Source of the DNA: Chloroflexota bacterium
GTDB lineage: Bacteria > Chloroflexota > Limnocylindria > Limnocylindrales > CSP1-4
Direction of reading: 5' to 3'
Length of the DNA stretch: 54,317 bases
Assembly: GCA_031370565.1 (NCBI GenBank)
Contig: JANMQO010000043.1
Location: 1-54,317, forward strand
Shown piece after piece: positions 44,031 to 50,910 of this stretch. Position numbers and translations under genes: made by a program. The notes below the pieces were generated by a model. The model made no database searches and was not told where the DNA came from. It saw nothing but the letters and a program-made list of their open reading frames with translations. The first letter of the stretch is position 1. Each line of letters starts with the position of its first letter.

Positions 44031-44058
44031 CCCACTCTGGACGGTCAGATCGGCCGCC

Positions 44059-44102
44059 GGCGGCAAGGACGCCGCCATCTGGATCCTAGGCTTGGAGGCC
44101 TG
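44059..44102 (+). promoter_or_regulatory. Putative CsrA binding sites in the fliC 5' leader (two GGA-loop hairpins, the second over the SD)
   Basis: Hairpin 1: GGCGGC-AAGGAC-GCCGCC (44059-44076). Hairpin 2: AGGC-TTGGAG-GCCT (44088-44101), containing the GGAGG Shine-Dalgarno sequence 11 nt before the ATG. Confidence 0.4.
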
Positions 44103-44109
44103 ATCAACC

Positions 44110-45303
44110 ATGGGTGTTCGGATCAACACCAACATTGAGGCGATGAATGCGCAGCGCAACCTCAGTGTGACGGCGCTTGCCTTCGGGAAGAGCGTCGAGA
44201 AGTTGTCCAGCGGCCTGCGGATCAACCGCGCGGCCGATGACTCAGCCGGCCTGGCCATCAGCGAGAAGCTGCGGGCGCAGGTCCGGGGCCTCAACCAGGC
44301 CCAGCGCAACGCCCAGGACGGCATCTCGATGGTGCAGACCGCTGAAGGCGCGCTGAACGAAGTCCACTCGATGCTCCAGCGCATGCGGGAGCTGTCGGTT
44401 CAGGCCTCGAACAGCACGCTCAGCCAGGCGGACACCCAGTCCGTCAGCACCGAGATGACGGCCCTCAAAGCCGAGATCGACCGGATCGCCGGTTCGACCA
44501 CGTTCAACGGCCAGGCCTTGCTGACCGGCGCGCTCACCGTGAGCCAGTCGGGTGGCACCGCGATCGTCGGCACCGCCCTGAACACCATCGCGACTGCTGA
44601 CATCGCAGCGGTCAATGTCAGCAGCGCGAAAGCGAGCACGACCTACACCCTGACGTCCGCAGCTGGTGGCGTCGTCACCCTGTCGGATGGCGCGGGCAAC
44701 AGCCAGGCGCTCACCCTCACGGCGATCGGCGCAACCGGCCAGGAGACGGTCAACTTCAGCACCCTCGGGGTGAGCCTCACGATCGTCGGCGCAGCGGCCA
44801 AGACGGCCGTCGACCTGGCGACCGACCTCGCCACCAAGACGATCGTCACCGGTGTCGGCGGGGCCGCCAACTTCCAGATCGGTGCGAACGCGACGGACAC
44901 GCTCGCCGTGACCTTCGCCGATGCTCGCACGTCCAACACCGCCGTCGGCAGCGGCTACGGCACCCTTGCCGCCGACATCGCCAGCTTCGCCACCGCGACG
45001 AGCACCGGTACCGGCATCGTGGCGGCCGCCCAGACCCTGATCACCAGCGTTGACAAGGCGATTGCCTTCGTCAGCACCACCCGCGGTGGCTTTGGCGCCG
45101 TCCAGAACCGCCTCGAGCACACGGTCGCCAGCGTGGCGGTCGCATCCGAGAACCTGGCCGCTTCCGAGTCCCGGATCCGGGACCTCGACGTCGCGGCCGA
45201 GATGGTCAGCTTCACGCGTTCCCAGATCCTCCAGCAGGCTGGCACGGCGATCCTCGCCCAGGCCAACCAGGCTCCTCAGTCGATCCTGCAGCTCCTGCGC
45301 TAG
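44110..45303 (+). CDS. fliC: Flagellin
   Basis: Canonical flagellin N-terminus (MGVRINTNIEAMNAQRNL...LSSGLRINRAADDSAGLAISEKLR) and C-terminus (...QANQAPQSILQLLR). The central domain is rich in Thr/Ser/Ala. Confidence 0.95.
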   Translation: MGVRINTNIEAMNAQRNLSVTALAFGKSVEKLSSGLRINRAADDSAGLAISEKLRAQVRGLNQAQRNAQDGISMVQTAEGALNEVHSMLQRMRELSVQASNSTLSQADTQSVSTEMTALKAEIDRIAGSTTFNGQALLTGALTVSQSGGTAIVGTALNTIATADIAAVNVSSAKASTTYTLTSAAGGVVTLSDGAGNSQALTLTAIGATGQETVNFSTLGVSLTIVGAAAKTAVDLATDLATKTIVTGVGGAANFQIGANATDTLAVTFADARTSNTAVGSGYGTLAADIASFATATSTGTGIVAAAQTLITSVDKAIAFVSTTRGGFGAVQNRLEHTVASVAVASENLAASESRIRDLDVAAEMVSFTRSQILQQAGTAILAQANQAPQSILQLLR

Positions 45304-45324
45304 GTCTGCCGGCGACTGCTCCAT

Positions 45325-45354
45325 CGAGGGTCGGTGCCTCGGCACCGACCCTCG
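45325..45354 (+). terminator. Strong GC hairpin after fliC (likely intrinsic terminator or attenuator, no U-tract)
   Basis: CGAGGGTCGGTG-CCTCGG-CACCGACCCTCG, a 12-bp perfect stem starting 22 nt after the fliC stop. Flanked by GACTGCT direct repeats. Confidence 0.55.
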
Positions 45355-45392
45355 ACTGCTGACCTGCCGCCCGACCACGGAGAGGACCCACC

Positions 45393-45776
45393 ATGCTCTA
45401 CCTGACAGATACCTACCGGTCCACCCAGGTCGTCAGCAGCAACCCTGTCGGCCACATCGTCCTCCTCTACGAAGGGGCCATCCGGCACGCTGCCAACCAT
45501 CTGGCGGCGCTTGCCCGGGGCGATCTGGAGACGGCCCACCACGCCTCGCTCCGATCCCAGGCGATCGTCTCGGGACTGCGCGAGGTCCTCGATCTCTCGG
45601 CCGGCCCGATCGCCGAGCAGCTCGATCTCCTGTACGACTTCATCATCGGCCGGCTGATGGCCGGCAACATCGGCAAGGAACCCGGCCCGACCAAGGAGGC
45701 CATGACCCTGCTGCGAGACCTGCTCGATGCCTGGCGCACGATCGCCGCGGGAGTTCCCGTCTCCGCCCGCTCGTGA
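45393..45776 (+). CDS. fliS: Flagellin-specific chaperone FliS
   Basis: FliS pattern (YRSTQV.S.NPVGHIVLLYEGAIRH ... LYDFIIGRL). Confidence 0.9.
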   Translation: MLYLTDTYRSTQVVSSNPVGHIVLLYEGAIRHAANHLAALARGDLETAHHASLRSQAIVSGLREVLDLSAGPIAEQLDLLYDFIIGRLMAGNIGKEPGPTKEAMTLLRDLLDAWRTIAAGVPVSARS

Positions 45777-46141
45777 TGGCACCAGCCGAGCTGCCAGACC
45801 AGGGTGACGGACGCCTGCCACCTCTCCAGCATCGAACTGCCGTGACCCTGCCTCGACGGGTCGTCCTCTCGCGAGCGGACCGGCGCCGACTCCGTCCGGT
45901 GCTCGACATCCTGGACGGCGACGATACCCTGCTCATCACCCTGCTGTGCAGACTCGAACAGCTGGACGACGACGTCCGCGTCAAGCCCGCTGGGATCGCC
46001 GCGGACCAATGGGCTCAAGTCGGGCCGATCGACGACCGACACCTCCCCAGACGCCAAGCTACGGCGTGCCCCGAACGTCACCCGAGGGAACGAGGAACTG
46101 ATGCCAGCGATCCAGTTCGGCGGTCTCGCCAGCAACCTTGA
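45776..46141 (+). CDS. Hypothetical protein between fliS and fliD (FliT-position ORF, unverified)
   Basis: ATGA overlap with the fliS stop. 121 codons with a coding-like central part. The 3' end overlaps fliD by 41 nt. No family recognised. Confidence 0.35.
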   Translation: MAPAELPDQGDGRLPPLQHRTAVTLPRRVVLSRADRRRLRPVLDILDGDDTLLITLLCRLEQLDDDVRVKPAGIAADQWAQVGPIDDRHLPRRQATACPERHPRERGTDASDPVRRSRQQP

Positions 46142-47873
46142 TACCAAGGGCATCATCACTGCGCTCATGGCCGCAGAGCGCCTGCCACTCATTCGCCTGC
46201 AGCGCCAGCAGGCCACGGTCACGGCACGCGGGGCCGCCTGGTCCAGCCTGGGAACCTCGCTGACCGACCTGCTGGCCAAGCTGCAGGCTTTCACGGTGAC
46301 GGGTGCCGGCAACCTGCGGACCGCGACCTATGCCGACATCGGCAAGCTCACGGCCACCGCCGACACGTCGGCCGTGACCGGCCAGTACCAGGTCCGAGTG
46401 GACCAGCTCGCGACCGCGAGCAGCGCCACCTCGACCGGAACGATCGGCACCGCGATCACCGACGCGACGGCCACGGGCACGTTGGCAGCGCTCCCGCTGG
46501 CCGGCGCAGCCAGCGCGGGCCAGGTCGGGATCGTCGTCGACGGGACCATCCTCGCGGTGACAGTCGGGAACCCGACCACGACCTCCCTGTCGAGCGTCAT
46601 GGCCGCCATGGCCAGTGCGATCCAGGCCAAGATCCGAACCACCGACGGGGCCGCGACCGTGACGGCCTCGATCGTCGGCAACAAGGCCACGTTCAGCGTC
46701 TCGGGCGCAGCAGCCAACCACGCGCTCAGCTTCGGCGTGGCCTCGGATACGAGCAACCTGCTGACCCTCGCCGGGCTGTCCGGTTCGTCGACCTCGACGT
46801 TCGGACTCGGATCACCCACGCTGACCGGGTCGACCCTGCTCGGTGTCGTGCGGACCACGTCCTCACTGGACACCGCCGGCCTGACCGGCCTGACCTCGAC
46901 GGCCAGCGGCGTCCTGACCATCAATGGCAGCGCGATCGCCTACGACTCGACGGTCGACTCCTTGGCCACCGTGCTCAGTCGGATCAACAACTCAGCCGCC
47001 GGGGTGATCGCGTCGGTTGACCGGGTCAACGATCGGGTCGTCTTCACCCGCAAGACTGCCGGCCCGCTCGCCCTGGCCATCCAGGACACGAGTGGCACAC
47101 TGGCCGCCGCACTCAAGCTCGCTCCGGGCACGACCGGCGCACAGATCGTGGGCTTGAGCTCGAAGGTCACCGTCAATGGAACCACGACCACGTCCGATAC
47201 AAACCGTGTCTCAACGGCCATCGCCGGGGTCACCCTCGATCTACTCGCCACCAACGTGACCGCATCGACGCTGACCGTCGGGGTTGACGCAGTGGCGATC
47301 CAGAACTCGCTCCAGGCGATCGTGACGAGCTACAACGCGCTGGCTGACAAGCTCGACACGCTGGCGGCGCACACCGCCGGCGGACCGACCGGTGCACTCG
47401 AGAGCCGGGCGAACGTCGCCAGTCTGGCGCTCGGTCTGCGCACCAGCCTGATGGCCATCAGCGGCTCGTTCAGCGGCTCGATCCGCTCGCTGGCCGACAT
47501 CGGCGTGTCGTCCGGAGCGGTCGGCGCGAAGGTTGGCTCGACAACCCGGCTGAGTCTCGATCCCACCAAGCTCAACAATGCGCTGACGGTGGATGCCACG
47601 ACCGTCGGGCGGCTGCTCAACTCGGTGCAGGGCGTCCTGGCGCCGGTGGTGGATCGGCTCAAGGCGCTGACCGGCGGCGACGGCGCGGTTCGCGCCGGTA
47701 CCGATGGCGCCACGGCCGAACTCGCCATGCTGTCGAGCGCCGCGGCGCGCCTGCAGGCGCGACTGGATGTCCGCCAGGCCGCCCTGGAGCGCAAGTTCGC
47801 GGCGCTCGAAGCCACCCTCGCTCGATCACAGGTGGTGGCCGGGGCCGTGGCAGCGCAGGTCGCCCGGTCCTGA
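46101..47873 (+). CDS. fliD: Flagellar filament cap protein FliD (hook-associated protein 2)
   Basis: N-terminal IQFGGLASNLDTKGIITALMAAERLPL. C-terminal coiled region (..RQAALERKFAALEATLARSQ). GAGG..AGGA RBS. Confidence 0.9.
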   Translation: MPAIQFGGLASNLDTKGIITALMAAERLPLIRLQRQQATVTARGAAWSSLGTSLTDLLAKLQAFTVTGAGNLRTATYADIGKLTATADTSAVTGQYQVRVDQLATASSATSTGTIGTAITDATATGTLAALPLAGAASAGQVGIVVDGTILAVTVGNPTTTSLSSVMAAMASAIQAKIRTTDGAATVTASIVGNKATFSVSGAAANHALSFGVASDTSNLLTLAGLSGSSTSTFGLGSPTLTGSTLLGVVRTTSSLDTAGLTGLTSTASGVLTINGSAIAYDSTVDSLATVLSRINNSAAGVIASVDRVNDRVVFTRKTAGPLALAIQDTSGTLAAALKLAPGTTGAQIVGLSSKVTVNGTTTTSDTNRVSTAIAGVTLDLLATNVTASTLTVGVDAVAIQNSLQAIVTSYNALADKLDTLAAHTAGGPTGALESRANVASLALGLRTSLMAISGSFSGSIRSLADIGVSSGAVGAKVGSTTRLSLDPTKLNNALTVDATTVGRLLNSVQGVLAPVVDRLKALTGGDGAVRAGTDGATAELAMLSSAAARLQARLDVRQAALERKFAALEATLARSQVVAGAVAAQVARS

Positions 47874-47944
47874 CCAGGGTCATGCCGGGCCCGGGACGGC
47901 ACGTCGAGCCGGCAACCGGGCTCAGCTTGGACGATGGCCCTGCC

Positions 47945-48310
47945 TCAGCCCGGGGCGTCCGTCACTAGTTCAGGGTCGAGTGGACGGGCCTGCCCGTCAG
48001 CGGCCGACGCCGCGGCCAGGCGCAGCGGCAGTTCCCGCAGCTCGCGGATGAGCCCGCCCGCTCGGTCCGTCGCCTCGAGAATCCGCTCGAGCTCGTGGCG
48101 CGCCGGCGCATCCGCCGGCATTTGGTCGATGGCCAGCTCCGTACAGGTCACGATTGCCGTCAGGACGTTGTTGAAACCGTGGGCGAACCGCTCCGCATCG
48201 CGGGTGGCCACGGCGATGAGCCGCTCCGAGCCACCTGGGGCGACGGACATGGTCGTGTCGCTGGTCACGTCGTACAGCGACCCCGATTCGTCCGCGTCCC
48301 CGTGCACCAC
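47945..48310 (-). CDS. DHp (HisKA)-only histidine-kinase-like protein lacking an ATPase domain
   Basis: H-box ERFAHGFNNVLTAIVTCTELA followed by a helical region. The ORF stops at ..RPLDPELVTDAPG, where a CA domain would begin. GTG at 48310 is 5 nt after the receiver stop; ATG at 48250 is an alternative start. Confidence 0.55.
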   Translation of the reverse strand: MVHGDADESGSLYDVTSDTTMSVAPGGSERLIAVATRDAERFAHGFNNVLTAIVTCTELAIDQMPADAPARHELERILEATDRAGGLIRELRELPLRLAAASAADGQARPLDPELVTDAPG

Positions 48311-48314
48311 CCGG

Positions 48315-48782
48315 TCAGCCCGCCGCGCTGACCTGGGCCAACTGGTGGCGAACGGCCTCCATGAGGACCTGCATCCGGAAGGGCTTGCCCAGGAACAGGT
48401 TGCCGCCAACCACGCGGACGGCGGCGGCATCGGGCAGGTGGCCGGTCAGGAACAGGATCCGCATCTCTGTGAGGTGCTCTTCGGAGCGCAGCTCATAGGC
48501 CAGCTGGTAGCCGTCCGAGTCCGGCAGACCGACATCGAGAATGGCCAGATCCGGGCGGCGCGCCCGGGCAAGGGTGAGGCCTTCCCCGGCAGTCCGGGCG
48601 GTCAGGATCTCGCAGCGCAGGCTGCGCAGCGCGGCCTGGATAGCGAGATGGACGTAGTCGTCGTCGTCGACGACCAGGACGATATGCGATCTGCTCACGC
48701 CGGCTGCTCGTATCTTGCGGGTACCGGAAACCTGAAGAGAACACATCCCGGCCATCGTAGCAAGGCCGCGTAAGGTGATCAT
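48315..48782 (-). CDS. Single-domain response regulator (CheY-like receiver)
   Basis: IVLVVDDDD ... DLAILDVGLPDSDG ... ILFLTG ... LGKPF. Start is uncertain (candidates at 48782, 48755, 48746, or GTG at 48698). Confidence 0.8.
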   Translation of the reverse strand: MITLRGLATMAGMCSLQVSGTRKIRAAGVSRSHIVLVVDDDDYVHLAIQAALRSLRCEILTARTAGEGLTLARARRPDLAILDVGLPDSDGYQLAYELRSEEHLTEMRILFLTGHLPDAAAVRVVGGNLFLGKPFRMQVLMEAVRHQLAQVSAAG

Positions 48783-48812
48783 CCTACGTTCTTCGTAGAT
48801 CGCCTGTTCCGC

Positions 48813-49658
48813 TCAGCCGGGGCGCTGGTAGAACCCGGGTGCAACGGGTACCAGCCCAAACGAGCGAGGGTCGGCGATCGACTCGGTCGCGCCGATGAAC
48901 AGGATGCCGCCCGGCCGCAGCGCAGCGGCGAAGCCCTGGTAGAGTTTGATCTTGGCCTCGTCGGTGAAGTAGATGACCACGTTCCGGCAGGCCACCACAT
49001 CCAGACTGGTCCGGGTCGGGTCGCGGAGCAGGTCGTGGCGGGCGAAGGTGACCAGCGTCTTGAGCTCCGGCCGAACCTCGAATCCGTCCGCTGTCGGGCT
49101 GAAGAACCGGGCCCGTCGGGCCGCGGACACGCCGAGCATCTGGGCGGTCGAGTAGCGGCCGGCCCGGGCAGTGGCCAGGATGGTCTCGTCGAGGTCGGTC
49201 GCCTGGATCTGGATCCGGGCCGTGGCCAGCGCCTCGCGCGCCAGTATCGCGATCGAGTACGGCTCGTAGCCGGCCGAACAGCCCGCGCTCCAGACCCTGG
49301 TCAGCGGCTGGTTGCGCAGCATCGGGCCGAGGAAGTCTCGGGCGAGCGTCTCGAAGGCTGGCGCGTTCCGGAAGAACTCACTCACGTTGATCGTGAGCAT
49401 GTCCATGAACGCCCGCCGCAGGACCCCATCTGCGCGTGCCCCGGCGAGCAGCTCCGGGGCGCCGGCGAAGCCTCGAGCCGTCGCGAAGCCGAGTACCCGG
49501 CGCCAGACCTGAGCCGGTCGATAGAGGGCCAGGTCGATGCCCAGGAGCAGCCGAACCTCTCGGGTGAGCCGCTCGTAGCCGGCCTCGTCCAACACCGCGA
49601 CGAACGCCATCGGCGTGCCGGGCGTGCCGGGCGTGCTCGGGGAGCGGGGCTGCTGCAT
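48813..49658 (-). CDS. cheR: Chemotaxis protein methyltransferase CheR
   Basis: CheR pattern (LTINVSEFFRN ... RVWSAGCSAGYEPYSIAI ... VACRNVVIYF). ATG at 49658 (TTG at 49661 is also possible). Confidence 0.9.
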   Translation of the reverse strand: MQQPRSPSTPGTPGTPMAFVAVLDEAGYERLTREVRLLLGIDLALYRPAQVWRRVLGFATARGFAGAPELLAGARADGVLRRAFMDMLTINVSEFFRNAPAFETLARDFLGPMLRNQPLTRVWSAGCSAGYEPYSIAILAREALATARIQIQATDLDETILATARAGRYSTAQMLGVSAARRARFFSPTADGFEVRPELKTLVTFARHDLLRDPTRTSLDVVACRNVVIYFTDEAKIKLYQGFAAALRPGGILFIGATESIADPRSFGLVPVAPGFYQRPG

Positions 49659-49737
49659 CAACGGACCGTAGTCAATGGACGCGCGCCCGGCGATCGGGGA
49701 ATGCCCCAGATCTGTCAGCGGTCATGGATCGTTCGCC

Positions 49738-49766
49738 GCTCAAGGTTCGAGCGGGGATAACCGACT
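49738..49766 (+). promoter_or_regulatory. Putative sigma-28-type promoter of the HD-GYP gene
   Basis: GCTCAAG-N16-CCGACT has the same 7-mer and spacing as the fliC upstream element. The -10-like hexamer ends 8 nt before the ATG at 49775, implying a leaderless or near-leaderless mRNA. Confidence 0.3.
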
Positions 49767-49774
49767 TCCCTCAT

Positions 49775-50818
49775 ATGAACCCCCGCGCCGTCCCGCCAGC
49801 GACATCGGGGCGGAACCTGATCGACTCAACGTTCGGGTTCCAGCCGGTGGCCGCCAGCGTGCTGGAGGTGGTCGAGGCGCTGCCGTGCAACGTATTCCTG
49901 TTGCGCTCCGGGCGACCCGTGCTGTTCGCCACCAGGGGCGCCGAGGCCGCCGACGTCGTGGCCCGAACTCGGCGCGACGTGGCCTTCTATGTCCGGACCG
50001 AGGATACCGAGCTCATGCGCCGCAGCTTGTCGCGGTCGGTGCCCCGGATCCTGTCGGATCCGGAACTCTCACCGGTGGAGCGCAGTCGACGGGCGTACGG
50101 TGTGGTGGCCCACGTCATGACCCCCATCTTCTCGCCTCGTCAACGGATCGATCAAGCAGGACTCGACGACGCGGGCTGGGCGATCGACTCGATCAAGGAC
50201 GGCCTGGGCGTCGACAGCGACCTGATCTGGTCATTCGTGGCCACCATGAACAAGCACCTGTCGACGCACACCCACGCGATCAACACGGCGGTCTACGCGG
50301 TGCTCATCGCCGACGCCCTCGGGATCACTGGGGAGGAGGGTCGCGACATCGGTCGGGGCGCCCTGCTGCACGACATCGGCAAGAACCGCATCCCACCCGC
50401 CATCCTGGACAAGGCGGGGCCTCTCGACGAGGCGGAGTGGACGCTCATGCGCAGCCACCCGCGCGTCGGCTATGACCTCATCGTGCGGGCCATGGGCAGC
50501 GCGCCGAGCTACGCGCACATCATCGCCGAGCACCACGAGCGCGCCGACGGCTCTGGCTACCCGCTCCAGCGCCTGGCCGGCGAGGTTGCCCAGTCGAGCC
50601 AGCTCGTGTCGATCGCGGACGCCTACGACGCGCTCACCTCGGCTCGCTCCTACAAGCCGGCCTCGTCGTCCTATGGCGCCCTGTGGACGATGCGCTTCCG
50701 GATGCGTGGTCAGTTCGATGGGCTCCTCCTGGCGGCGTTCGTGGACATGCTCGGGGGCTGGGGTCAGCTTCGGCGGGTGGAACGACGCACCCTCGACCTG
50801 AGCGCGACCGGGAGCTGA
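49775..50818 (+). CDS. HD-GYP domain protein (c-di-GMP phosphodiesterase-like)
   Basis: HTHAINTAVYA..GALLHDIGK..HHERADGSGYP. The ORF is open from 49724. ATG at 49775 is preferred because of the upstream promoter-like element. Start is uncertain. Confidence 0.8.
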   Translation: MNPRAVPPATSGRNLIDSTFGFQPVAASVLEVVEALPCNVFLLRSGRPVLFATRGAEAADVVARTRRDVAFYVRTEDTELMRRSLSRSVPRILSDPELSPVERSRRAYGVVAHVMTPIFSPRQRIDQAGLDDAGWAIDSIKDGLGVDSDLIWSFVATMNKHLSTHTHAINTAVYAVLIADALGITGEEGRDIGRGALLHDIGKNRIPPAILDKAGPLDEAEWTLMRSHPRVGYDLIVRAMGSAPSYAHIIAEHHERADGSGYPLQRLAGEVAQSSQLVSIADAYDALTSARSYKPASSSYGALWTMRFRMRGQFDGLLLAAFVDMLGGWGQLRRVERRTLDLSATGS

Positions 50819-50910
50819 GCCCGAGCCGGCTGCGGCTGCACCGGCCCCCCGATCGGGGCCGAGCTCGCGTTGACCATTGGTCTCGGGCGGGCGGCCCGCC
50901 GGTGGGACGG

